This document shows, piece after piece, positions 50,629 through 58,897 of a stretch of DNA of 64,000 bases (the first letter of the stretch is position 1; every line of letters begins with the position of its first letter). Origin of the DNA: a virus (taxonomy: Duplodnaviria; Caudoviricetes); IMG/VR virus record IMGVR_UViG_3300042900_000746, positions 69,871 to 133,870 of that record; one strand, given 5' to 3'. The notes below the pieces were generated by a model, which was given only the letters and a program-made list of their open reading frames with translations, was not told where the DNA came from and did not search any database. The translations under genes were made by a program, and so were the position numbers.

Positions 50629-52074
50629 TTAAGATAATTGAGATCGTATTCTTTTTATTGGTTTTTGCATGTCAAAAGTAAAACTTTTATTGACATAGTC
50701 GATATGGAATATAGTACCTTTAGGTACGTTACTATGCACAATTGTTTTTGCTAAAGGTGTTTCTATGACATCTCTTCTTACTTGAGCAATGCCACGAGCA
50801 CCTTTAATGGTGTCAATTCCACGTTCAATGAGACCGTCAATAACGTTATCGGTATAAGAAACAGAGATACCTCTTTTGGAAAGTTTATCCGCAATCACAG
50901 ACATCTCTAGCTCAGCTATCTTTTCACAATCCTGTCGATTCAAGTGATTGAAAACAACTATTTTATCTATTCTATTAATAAATTCTGGTCTGAAATATTT
51001 ATCTATTGCCTGGTGAGTATTTCTTTCTACAATAGATCGAACGGGTATCTCTGAAGTTTGACGATCAAAAACGATGCTTCTGGCGAAGCCAGTTCCTGTG
51101 GAGATTAGATTATCAACTGTTTTTTCATTACCTAAGTTGGTAGTCATGATAATAATTGTATTTCTAAAATCTACTAGTTCACCTTTATTATCTGTAACTA
51201 TTCCTTCATCAAATATTCTTAAAAAAGTATTCCAAATATCTTGATGCGCTTTTTCGACTTCATCTATTAAAACAACAGAATAAGGATTCTTCTTAACTTG
51301 GTTGGTTAGCTGTCCGCCTTCATCATGACCTATGTATCCTGGAGGAGAACCTAATAGTTTTTGGTTTTCATGTTTATGTTGAAACTCTCCGCAGTCCATT
51401 CTCACTATCTGAGATCCATTGCCAAACATATAATTATTAAGCATGTTTGCTAGGTGTGTTTTGCCGACTCCTGAAGATCCTGCAAATAAGAATACTCCTA
51501 ACGGTCTATTTGAATCATGTAAATCTGCTTGTGATCTAAATAAAGCTGAAACTATTTCTTCTATTGCTTGATCTTGTCCTATCACATTTGACTTCAAGAA
51601 TCCCTCTAAACCTAAAAACTTTTCTTTAGCGATCTTTCTATTCTTAGGAATGATCTCTTTGACTGTTTTTCTTTTAATATTCTTTTGAGCTTCTTGCAAA
51701 AACTTCTTTACTTCATTGAGATCGTAATCTTCATCTTCAGGGCTAATTTCTATAGGAGCTGTTGAGTAGGCAATGCTTATCCAGTAATCAATATCTAAAC
51801 CAGGGTTAAGCATAACACATCCAGCATAGATCGCTTCTAGTGCGCGTTCTGCTGCAGTACGAGACATTGCATTTAAAGATGACGAAACATCTGTATTCAA
51901 ATTAAAAACTACATACTGTAAAACTTGCTTGCGAAGATCTTTACTCTTTTTATGTTTAACAACGAATGCTTCTACATCTTCTGTCGGAATAATTTTAAAT
52001 TTTACATTAGCGTGCAACTCGGGTACGAAAATCTGGTATATCTGCATTAGCGACTTCTTTCTTTTATCTTGCAC
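50629..52074 (-). CDS. ClpB/ClpC-like AAA+ ATPase containing only the D2 module
   Basis: VIGQDQAI, RPLGVFLFAGSSGVGKT, LLGSPPGYIG, PYSVVLIDEVEKAH, VDFRNTIIIMTTN, FRPEFINRID and GAR; likely start is ATG 52047. Confidence 0.88.
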   Translation of the reverse strand: MQDKRKKSLMQIYQIFVPELHANVKFKIIPTEDVEAFVVKHKKSKDLRKQVLQYVVFNLNTDVSSSLNAMSRTAAERALEAIYAGCVMLNPGLDIDYWISIAYSTAPIEISPEDEDYDLNEVKKFLQEAQKNIKRKTVKEIIPKNRKIAKEKFLGLEGFLKSNVIGQDQAIEEIVSALFRSQADLHDSNRPLGVFLFAGSSGVGKTHLANMLNNYMFGNGSQIVRMDCGEFQHKHENQKLLGSPPGYIGHDEGGQLTNQVKKNPYSVVLIDEVEKAHQDIWNTFLRIFDEGIVTDNKGELVDFRNTIIIMTTNLGNEKTVDNLISTGTGFARSIVFDRQTSEIPVRSIVERNTHQAIDKYFRPEFINRIDKIVVFNHLNRQDCEKIAELEMSVIADKLSKRGISVSYTDNVIDGLIERGIDTIKGARGIAQVRRDVIETPLAKTIVHSNVPKGTIFHIDYVNKSFTFDMQKPIKRIRSQLS

Positions 52075-52220
52075 ATATAAGTATATAGGATAATATTATT
52101 ATATATTAACATATAAGAATATATTATTATATGTAAACATATAAGTATATAGTAAAGGGGGGAAGGGGGGAAGGGGGGGTTATGGCTAGCTTATCACATG
52201 AGATCAAGTTGCGTCTAGCT

Positions 52221-52382
52221 TCAATCATTTTTCTTATAATCTTCTATGCTAGGATGTTCTTCTATGCAAGGGCCCGCAAAAGACCAGTACTTCAGCAAAT
52301 CAATAGGTCTGTTGAATCTTTTATTTAATAAATACAATGCCAACTGGAATTCTTCTTTTTGTTGTTCTTGCGACTTGCTCAT
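52221..52382 (-). CDS. 53-aa hypothetical protein (MSKSQEQQKEEF...)
   Basis: Manually translated; AAGGAG RBS upstream of ATG. Confidence 0.55.
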   Translation of the reverse strand: MSKSQEQQKEEFQLALYLLNKRFNRPIDLLKYWSFAGPCIEEHPSIEDYKKND

Positions 52383-52425
52383 TTAATCTCCTTAAGATAT
52401 AATATATATATCAATTATACCATTA

Positions 52426-52743
52426 TTGAAAGGTTATTACCAGGTGGAATATCCCCAGCATAACGAAACAAATTCTATTCGCAACAAGACACCAAAACCC
52501 GTGGACATTAAAGAAGTGAATCGCGCATTAATGGTCTTACGCGAGAACTCAATGTCAATGCTCGATCTAATCGAAAAAGATCTTTACGATTTCTATTCAA
52601 CTGACATAGAAGTCATCAAGTTTGTTGATAAAGAACTTGTCAAAAAGATTCTTCAGTTCAAGCAAGATATCAAGAACATTGTTGTATACTCTAAGAACCT
52701 GCAGATTATGCACGAAGAACAAGGAAGATTATTCTATGACTGA
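52426..52743 (+). CDS. Hypothetical protein upstream of recA
   Basis: Open frame overlapping the recA start; true start uncertain. Confidence 0.55.
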   Translation: MKGYYQVEYPQHNETNSIRNKTPKPVDIKEVNRALMVLRENSMSMLDLIEKDLYDFYSTDIEVIKFVDKELVKKILQFKQDIKNIVVYSKNLQIMHEEQGRLFYD

Positions 52744-53761
52744 TGAATTCGACATGGAGACTGGCGAGATTCTTATTCCCGCAGCTAAAAAAGTTATTGA
52801 TAAAGAAGAATCAAAAGTATTAGAACTCGCAATCGCACAACTTCAACGTCAATACGGAGCTGGATCAGTCGTTAGACTCGGCTCAACTAATATCAAACCA
52901 TGGGACTCAATCTCCACTGGGGCACTTACTTTGGATAGTGCACTTGGAATTGGTGGTTTCCCGCGCGGGCGCGTAGTAGAAATCTATGGACCTGAGTCAT
53001 CAGGTAAGTCTACTCTCGCTCTAGCGACAGTAGCCAAGGCCCAGCAGATGGGCCTCACGTGCGCCTACATCGACGCTGAGCATGCTTTAGACCCAGTCTA
53101 CATGCAAGCCGTAGGAATCGATCTAGACAACCTGCTACTGGCTCAACCTGATTATGGTGAGCAAGGCTTCGACATTGCTGACAGACTCCTGCGCACAGGG
53201 GAAATTGGCGTCATCGTCATTGACTCAGTTGCAGCATTAGTTCCTAAGGCTGAGCTTGATGGCGAAATGGAACAGGCTCACATGGGCTTGCAGGCGCGTA
53301 TGATGGCTAAGGCTATGCGTAAGCTTACTGGACTCGCTGCCCAGCACAACACTCTTATTATATTTATTAACCAGCTCCGCAACAAAATTGGAATTATGTT
53401 CGGTAACCCAGAGACTACTCCTGGTGGAATGTCACTGAAGTTCTATGCTTCAGTCCGAATTGACGTCCGCAAGAAAGAAGATCTCAAGGACAAAGCCGGA
53501 AATCCAATTGGCGTCAAAGTCAAAGCTAAGGTTATCAAGAATAAGATGGCACCCCCAATGAAAATCGTAGAGTTTGATATCATCTATGCTCAGGGTATTG
53601 ACGAGTACGGATGTATCTTCGACATCGGAATCGACAAGGGGATATTCACCCAAAAGGGCGCATGGGTCTATTACAACGGTGAGAACTTCGCCCAAGGCAG
53701 AGATAACGCTATTGAGAAGTTGAAGTCTTCTCCTGAGATTGTAAGTGTGATTAAAGGCTAA
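52736..53761 (+). CDS. recA: RecA recombinase (bacterial type)
   Basis: GRVVEIYGPESSGKST, IDAEHALDP, IDSVAALVPKAE, GLQARMM, FINQLR, MFGNPETTPGG and KNKMAPP; start placed at MTDEF. Confidence 0.97.
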   Translation: MTDEFDMETGEILIPAAKKVIDKEESKVLELAIAQLQRQYGAGSVVRLGSTNIKPWDSISTGALTLDSALGIGGFPRGRVVEIYGPESSGKSTLALATVAKAQQMGLTCAYIDAEHALDPVYMQAVGIDLDNLLLAQPDYGEQGFDIADRLLRTGEIGVIVIDSVAALVPKAELDGEMEQAHMGLQARMMAKAMRKLTGLAAQHNTLIIFINQLRNKIGIMFGNPETTPGGMSLKFYASVRIDVRKKEDLKDKAGNPIGVKVKAKVIKNKMAPPMKIVEFDIIYAQGIDEYGCIFDIGIDKGIFTQKGAWVYYNGENFAQGRDNAIEKLKSSPEIVSVIKG

Positions 53762-53967
53762 TGAGTCTTAATCCAGTATCTTGCGAGGATTGCAGTTTCC
53801 CTCCAAACTTTATTGTTCTTGAATTAAAAGACAAAGAAGACATCCCGTACTACTCCATCAAATGCCGTGACTGTGGCGACAGCTGGTATGAACCGAGTGA
53901 AAATTTTTTTGAAAATACAGAGACCCCCATTAGCGACGGAAATTTTTTTGAGAACGATGACAAATAG
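53761..53967 (+). CDS. Small zinc-ribbon protein
   Basis: CEDC...CRDC; start overlaps the recA stop. Confidence 0.65.
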   Translation: MSLNPVSCEDCSFPPNFIVLELKDKEDIPYYSIKCRDCGDSWYEPSENFFENTETPISDGNFFENDDK

Positions 53968-54063
53968 CCTACGCCTCTATCTTGAATTCTCGCGTTTGTT
54001 CGCTGAATTAAAGTAACCAGTACTATTACAGTATCTATATCCTTATAGAAGGAATGCTGTGTT

Positions 54064-54354
54064 ATGGAATTTATACGTAGAATACTCAAGTTCTTTTCAG
54101 GTTCAGACATGAAGCGAAATGGCGACATGATTAACTTCACCTATGACCTGGAAGATGACAACACTCAACGTGTCGTATCTATTCATGCCGATGCCAATGG
54201 GTTTATGATCTTTACCATCTTCTCTGTAGAGGAATGGCAAATGATCGAAAGTATTAGTGAATTATCAGATCGTAATGTTGAAGACATCGTACGTGAAATC
54301 TCAGAAGACGAAAGCCTGACAACAATCACCATCGATCCCACGGAGTTTGAATAG
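54064..54354 (+). CDS. Acidic hypothetical protein (96 aa)
   Basis: AAGGA RBS upstream; followed by a terminator. Confidence 0.6.
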   Translation: MEFIRRILKFFSGSDMKRNGDMINFTYDLEDDNTQRVVSIHADANGFMIFTIFSVEEWQMIESISELSDRNVEDIVREISEDESLTTITIDPTEFE

Positions 54355-54381
54355 ATTTCGCCCGGAACAAATAAGATATAT

Positions 54382-54428
54382 ACAAAAGAGGTGCTACCCC
54401 CTAAAGGGTAACACCTCTTTTTGTTTTT
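54382..54428. terminator. Bidirectional intrinsic terminator between convergent genes
   Basis: AAAAGAGGTG-TACCC...GGGTA-CACCTCTTTT with A and T tracts on both sides. Confidence 0.75.
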
Positions 54429-54442
54429 ATCACAGGGTGATA

Positions 54443-54661
54443 TTAGTAATCGTAACCGGATTCGTAGCCTAGCTCTTCCCACACTTGGTTTCCATATGAG
54501 GAACCATAGTCATTTGCAGACATAGCGAAGGATGTATTAGCCATGCCTCCGAAGGGGTTTACCCATTGGAAACAGTCAGGGCATCTTGTGTTGGCTCCTG
54601 AGAGGTCTTCATTGACGATATATTCTGTGCCACAGTGTGGGCAGTCCATATATGATTTCAT
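54443..54661 (-). CDS. Small zinc-ribbon protein
   Basis: CPHC...CPDC; AAAGGA RBS. Confidence 0.65.
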   Translation of the reverse strand: MKSYMDCPHCGTEYIVNEDLSGANTRCPDCFQWVNPFGGMANTSFAMSANDYGSSYGNQVWEELGYESGYDY

Positions 54662-55163
54662 GATTATTCCTTTGTGATTGTAAGCATGGGATGCTGGTTG
54701 TGTGAATCATTCCCTACTGGGAACGTCTTGAACTATATCTACTTGGCGGCGTCTTTGTCAACCTATGTTAGAAAATATTCCAAATTTTTTGGGGCGAATC
54801 TCTATATGGGAAAAATTATTAGGGAAAAATTTTTGGACTGAAATGGATGACAAGTGTTGCGGGCTTTTCTAATCTCGAGGGTCATTTGTTTCTAAACTCG
54901 AGGATGTATAAACATGTATAAACTTATTAAGGTAAAAACTAGGGAAAATTTATGGGGTGGATATAGTGAGTATATGTGTGTACTTTAATTCTTTAACGTG
55001 CCCACCCCCCCATGGGGTCATATGCTCTAGTAATAAACGACAATAAGCGGTCGTCCATACCCCTACGTATGGTGCAGGGACTCAGCATAAAAGGACAGCT
55101 TCGGTGAACCCATTACATCGTTAAAGAAATGGTTATCGCCCGACTAGAGGGCATAGAAAGGAT

Positions 55164-55673
55164 ATGATCATGAACGATCATGTTTTCAACCTGTTTATCA
55201 GGGTTATCAATGCAGCAAGTAATGGCAATTACGTCTACGGCAATGGAGCTAACTGGCACATTGTTGAAGGCGGAAAGGATGTCTTCATTGACACCCAATT
55301 GGGTACAGTAACAATGTCAAATGTTGACAGTACTGCAGTTAAAGGTACTGACATGCAAGCAGTACGTAACGTCAAGGCATACCTCATGGAGGCAGAAGCC
55401 ACCATGCAGACTGTTCACCTTGATGGCTATTACAACCGTAAGATGGCAGTAGATGCTATCTTGTGGGCAGACAAGAACAATGACTTGTTATACAGTAATG
55501 GTGGACAGTACAGTGTTCGTACAGGTGGTCTTGTGACTATCTGGGACATTGGTACAGCAGGACGCGTCATTGTTACTTACAAGGGTGCACATGCATCATT
55601 CAAACATCTGACAGCTAACAGTGGACGCACTGTTAAGTTGTCAGAAGATACGAAGAACTATATCCGTATCTGA
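55164..55673 (+). CDS. Hypothetical early-region protein (169 aa)
   Basis: GAAAGGA RBS; followed by a hairpin and the first repeat copy. Confidence 0.7.
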   Translation: MIMNDHVFNLFIRVINAASNGNYVYGNGANWHIVEGGKDVFIDTQLGTVTMSNVDSTAVKGTDMQAVRNVKAYLMEAEATMQTVHLDGYYNRKMAVDAILWADKNNDLLYSNGGQYSVRTGGLVTIWDIGTAGRVIVTYKGAHASFKHLTANSGRTVKLSEDTKNYIRI

Positions 55674-55704
55674 TTAAAGCAGTACCTAGTAGGGTAGGTA
55701 CGGA

Positions 55705-55760
55705 GAAGGTGGTTCCTCAGGATCTTATGATTCTGGGGAACTTCCTTTTTTGAGGATAGG
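55705..55760 (+). terminator. Repeat copy 1 (terminator plus putative promoter)
   Basis: GTTCCTCAGGATC-TTAT-GATTCTGGGGAAC TTCCTTTTTT GAGGATAGG. Confidence 0.8.
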
Positions 55761-55842
55761 TCATTGTCCTTTAGTAAGGTTCGCCATGGGCCAACGGATT
55801 CACTCGCGTTAAAGAGTAGACATGGAAGATGGTTTTACCATT

Positions 55843-55902
55843 CGTAATAATCACGTTCAATACGTTAAGTTGAACAAAGACATGTTTCTAGGAGGAATCA
55901 TG
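55843..55902 (+). promoter_or_regulatory. Structured 5' leader, copy 1
   Basis: Near-identical to 58161..58220, with a compensatory change in the GTTCA(A/G)...(T/C)TGAAC stem. Confidence 0.6.
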
Positions 55903-56127
55903 TTTGAAGTAATCAAGAAGTACAAGTACGCACTACTCATCTTGTTATTGGTATTCACACCAACAAGTAAGGTAGTGTTCGCGTTGTTCGGATTTCTTTC
56001 CGGATTCGTCAACTGGGGTCTTTTGATCCTGGTTGGCCTTGTTGTCTTGGGCATTAAGCTCAATAACAAGTTTGACCTGAGGGCAATGCTCTCAAGTCAG
56101 TCAGATGAGGAAGACTCCTTTATCTGA
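55900..56127 (+). CDS. Small membrane protein (75 aa, MFEVIKKYKY...)
   Basis: AGGAGG RBS; two hydrophobic segments. Confidence 0.75.
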   Translation: MFEVIKKYKYALLILLLVFTPTSKVVFALFGFLSGFVNWGLLILVGLVVLGIKLNNKFDLRAMLSSQSDEEDSFI

Positions 56128-56156
56128 TTAAGTAGGATGATGACCCATCCTGCTTA

Positions 56157-56216
56157 GAAGAAGTTGTTTCCCCTGGGGCATTTGCCTTGGGGGAAACTTC
56201 TTTTTTTGAGGATAGG
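56157..56216 (+). terminator. Repeat copy 2
   Basis: GTTTCCCCTGGGGCA-TT-TGCCTTGGGGGAAAC TTCTTTTTTT GAGGATAGG. Confidence 0.8.
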
Positions 56217-56255
56217 GGAAAGGCCCCTAACTCATTCCTTTGAAAGGGGATTATT

Positions 56256-56354
56256 ATGTCAGATAACATGTTCTTTATGATTGGCAACACCATATTTGTG
56301 GTGTGCTGCATAATGGCGATTGCGCCGTTATTCTTCTATAACAAGAAGAAGTAA
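56256..56354 (+). CDS. 32-aa membrane peptide (MSDNMFFMIGNTIFVVCCIMAIAPLFFYNKKK)
   Basis: Manually translated; GAAAGGGG RBS; fills the space between repeat copies 2 and 3. Confidence 0.6.
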   Translation: MSDNMFFMIGNTIFVVCCIMAIAPLFFYNKKK

Positions 56355-56359
56355 TTTAG

Positions 56360-56417
56360 AAAAAGTTGTTTCCCTGGGGTCTTCGGATCCTGGGGAAACT
56401 TCTTTTTTTGAGGATAG
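56360..56417 (+). terminator. Repeat copy 3
   Basis: GTTTCCCTGGGGTC-TTCG-GATCCTGGGGAAAC TTCTTTTTTT GAGGATAG; C(UUCG)G tetraloop. Confidence 0.85.
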
Positions 56418-56448
56418 ATCAATGGGATCAGTCCAGAAGGGGGTAACC

Positions 56449-56688
56449 ATGAAAATGGGAATCCACAAATTCAAGACAATAAAGGGTAATACCTTTGTTG
56501 TCGAAATCGGTCGCAGCATGACTTATGGTCATGTTGAGGCCCCGAATGGAGATTGGGTCGAGTTTTACGGCTCAATATCCATTCCTGAATTGGATGAGCA
56601 GGATGGTCAGACCATCATCGTGTTCACCCAGTTTGAATCGCAACGCCTTCGTGGCATTGCGATTCGTCCAGTCATTACCTTAGGGTAG
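56449..56688 (+). CDS. Hypothetical protein (79 aa, MKMGIHKFK...)
   Basis: GAAGGGGG RBS; start placed downstream of the repeat. Confidence 0.7.
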   Translation: MKMGIHKFKTIKGNTFVVEIGRSMTYGHVEAPNGDWVEFYGSISIPELDEQDGQTIIVFTQFESQRLRGIAIRPVITLG

Positions 56689-56741
56689 TGACTGGACAAA
56701 GGGCAGCGTTTTACCTTGCATACTAGCAAAGACGCATTATA

Positions 56742-56797
56742 GAAGAAGTTGTTCCCGGGGATTTAGGTCCCTGGGAACTTCTTTTTTTGAGGATAGG
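56742..56797 (+). terminator. Repeat copy 4
   Basis: GTTCCCGGGGAT-TTAG-GTCCCTGGGAAC TTCTTTTTTT GAGGATAGG. Confidence 0.8.
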
Positions 56798-56867
56798 CCA
56801 ACCGCGCCAGTCCAAGGGCATGAGTCACAGCCCTGCCAACACCGGCAAAGTGACAAAGGAGGTCGAG

Positions 56868-57158
56868 ATGAAACTCGATATCCAATGGTGGGCAACCACC
56901 AACAATTCCATTGTCGGGTTAATTCCCGTCAGTGGAAAGACTGTTGTGATCCGGGAGGGTCATGACGGTCACTTCACCGGCTACCAGGCCGATGAAGTCA
57001 CCCTGCAGCACCTAACTCATCAGGACAATATCTTTGCCCTGTATGCAGTTGTGCGCGCGGGGCAAAGGGTTGAAGAGATTCGTCTCCTCAATCCTTTATT
57101 CCTCGATCTACTGGGAATTGACCCAGTTGAGATCGTGGACTCTACTACCTTTATCTGA
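56868..57158 (+). CDS. Hypothetical protein (96 aa, MKLDIQWW...)
   Basis: AAAGGAGGT RBS. Confidence 0.7.
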   Translation: MKLDIQWWATTNNSIVGLIPVSGKTVVIREGHDGHFTGYQADEVTLQHLTHQDNIFALYAVVRAGQRVEEIRLLNPLFLDLLGIDPVEIVDSTTFI

Positions 57159-57170
57159 GGTAGTGGGGGA

Positions 57171-57227
57171 AGAAAGTTGTTCCTCGGGATTTTCGGATTC
57201 CGGGGAACTTCTTTTTTTGAGGATAGG
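57171..57227 (+). terminator. Repeat copy 5
   Basis: GTTCCTCGGGATT-TTCG-GATTCCGGGGAAC TTCTTTTTTT GAGGATAGG. Confidence 0.8.
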
Positions 57228-57268
57228 CAACAAGCCCGTCCATAATACCTCGGAAAGGAGGTGAAACA

Positions 57269-57550
57269 ATGAAGGCAAAGCCAGCAAGGCGAGTCTACGT
57301 CGCAAGGCGTATTCTCGTTGCGTTGATTGTTGTTCTTCTGTTCTTTGTTGCTCGCGGAATCCACCGTGAAGCAACAGAGCCCGCTTACACATGTGATGTG
57401 TCTGCGGCGTTCGTAGAGCAGGGGGATTCAATCTGGACTTTGTTAGAAGATCACTGTGAAGGCGATCTGACTTCCGCAAGATACTTTGTTACCGGTATCT
57501 ACGGAACGAAGGTTGTTCCTGGTCAGTTGATTCTTTTAACAAAGGACTGA
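57269..57550 (+). CDS. Membrane-anchored LysM-like protein (93 aa)
   Basis: Basic N-terminus, TM helix ILVALIVVLLFFVA, then VEQGDSIWTL...VVPGQLILL LysM-type motif; AAAGGAGGT RBS. Confidence 0.7.
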   Translation: MKAKPARRVYVARRILVALIVVLLFFVARGIHREATEPAYTCDVSAAFVEQGDSIWTLLEDHCEGDLTSARYFVTGIYGTKVVPGQLILLTKD

Positions 57551-57562
57551 TCACAATCAACC

Positions 57563-57621
57563 AAACTGCCACGACACGGGTGGCCAAGAAGTAGTGACTC
57601 TTGGGAACAGAAAAATCACTA
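57563..57621 (+). ncRNA. Candidate structured 3' RNA element (two hairpins plus pseudoknot), copy A
   Basis: GCCAC/GTGGC stem, CAAGA/TCTTG stem, GGAACAGAA, and loop TAGTGA pairing with downstream TCACTA. Confidence 0.5.
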
Positions 57622-57680
57622 AAGAGGTTGTTTCCCTGGGATCTTCGGATCCTGGGGAAACTTCCTTTTTTTGGGATAGG
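57622..57680 (+). terminator. Repeat copy 6
   Basis: GTTTCCCTGGGATC-TTCG-GATCCTGGGGAAAC TTCCTTTTTTT GGGATAGG. Confidence 0.8.
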
Positions 57681-57721
57681 CATTCGGCCTCCCTATATCA
57701 CCCCAGAAAGGAGGTGAAAAC

Positions 57722-57961
57722 ATGGGTGTCTCCATCTTCCTCGGAAACGAGGATCGAGCCTCTTGGACGTATGGTCATTTTGACCATGTCCTTCGCGCAC
57801 TAGGTCTTCCTAGTCCGGAGGAGTCCGATTGGGCTGGATCGATGGACCCAGAACATCTCGTTCAGAATCTCCACAAGATTGTGAATGCAGATGATCGGGA
57901 ATTCATAGCGGAAATCGCTATCGAGTCCCTGAGGTCTGGATCCTCGATCTCCTGGTCATAA
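57722..57961 (+). CDS. Hypothetical protein (79 aa)
   Basis: AAAGGAGGTG RBS. Confidence 0.75.
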   Translation: MGVSIFLGNEDRASWTYGHFDHVLRALGLPSPEESDWAGSMDPEHLVQNLHKIVNADDREFIAEIAIESLRSGSSISWS

Positions 57962-57973
57962 CCAGGCGATTGG

Positions 57974-58030
57974 ACACCGCCACTTGTAAGAGAGTGGCCG
58001 AGTTGGCGCAACTTGGGAACAGAAGCGCTA
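57974..58030 (+). ncRNA. Candidate structured 3' RNA element, copy B
   Basis: GCCACT/AGTGGC stem, CGAGTT/AACTTG stem, GGAACAGAA, and loop GGCGC pairing with GCGCT. Confidence 0.5.
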
Positions 58031-58090
58031 AAGAGGTTGTTTCCTCTGGGATTTTCGAATCCTGGAGGAAACTTCCTTTTTTGAGGATAG
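58031..58090 (+). terminator. Repeat copy 7
   Basis: GTTTCCTCTGGGATT-TTCG-AATCCTGGAGGAAAC TTCCTTTTTT GAGGATAG. Confidence 0.8.
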
Positions 58091-58160
58091 ACCATTGTCC
58101 TTACTGGTAGCCAGAATGCAGGCATAAAACCAGTCCGGGTGACGCCGGTTCATCAGTCAA

Positions 58161-58220
58161 CGTAATAATCACGTTCAGTACGTTAAGCTGAACAAAGGCA
58201 TGTTTCTTGGAGGGATCATG
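58161..58220 (+). promoter_or_regulatory. Structured 5' leader, copy 2
   Basis: Near-identical to 55843..55902 and ends at the RBS and ATG. Confidence 0.6.
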
Positions 58221-58778
58221 TCACATAGTAAAACAGCAGCAGAGTTTGCTGCAAAGGTCCACGAAAGGTTGGCTCCTGCAAGGGAAGCCTACTATGAGTG
58301 GCTCAAAGGGGTGTACCAGTTATGGAATACCCAGTTCTTCAGCAAGAAGTCGGTCACCCAGGATGTCCTGGACCGTTCCGACAAGGGTGGGGATGAAGAT
58401 CCCTGGATGACATTTCAGAGCACACTCTGTACTGTAATGTCAGAGAAGTACCCGCGATTTGGGCTTCTCATGAATCCCGATGAAAACGGTCAGTCCATTC
58501 TGGATGGATTCATCCTGGATTTGGATGAGCCAGGCGACTGGTACATCAAAGCCGAAACAAACCCAGAGACTGGGATCACTTGGGTGGCTTTGTTTGTAGA
58601 AGACAAGGACCCATATGACCCGTGGGCAGGACAAATGTGGAATATCCCATTCCACTTCAACGTGAAGTTCACGCAATTTGGGTACCAGGTCCTTGGGGCT
58701 TGGTCTAACGGGTATAAGAGTGATGAAGAATGGGAGGTGTGGGGTGAGCCTGAGTTTTCAGGCTACCAGTTTCCCTGA
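58218..58778 (+). CDS. Acidic Trp-rich hypothetical protein (186 aa, MSHSKTAA...)
   Basis: GGAGGG RBS. Confidence 0.75.
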   Translation: MSHSKTAAEFAAKVHERLAPAREAYYEWLKGVYQLWNTQFFSKKSVTQDVLDRSDKGGDEDPWMTFQSTLCTVMSEKYPRFGLLMNPDENGQSILDGFILDLDEPGDWYIKAETNPETGITWVALFVEDKDPYDPWAGQMWNIPFHFNVKFTQFGYQVLGAWSNGYKSDEEWEVWGEPEFSGYQFP

Positions 58779-58798
58779 GTTAATTATTATTAGTAGTT

Positions 58799-58863
58799 AA
58801 GTTGTTCCCCGGGGATTGGCAGAAATGCTGGTCCTCGGGGAATCTTCTTTTTTTGACAATAGG
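58799..58863 (+). terminator. Repeat copy 8 (variant TTGACAATAGG)
   Basis: TTCCCCGGGGATTGGCA-GAAA-TGCTGGTCCTCGGGGAA hairpin plus T tract. Confidence 0.75.
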
Positions 58864-58897
58864 CCCCCGAACAACCGAAGGGGTCGGAAAGGTTGTC

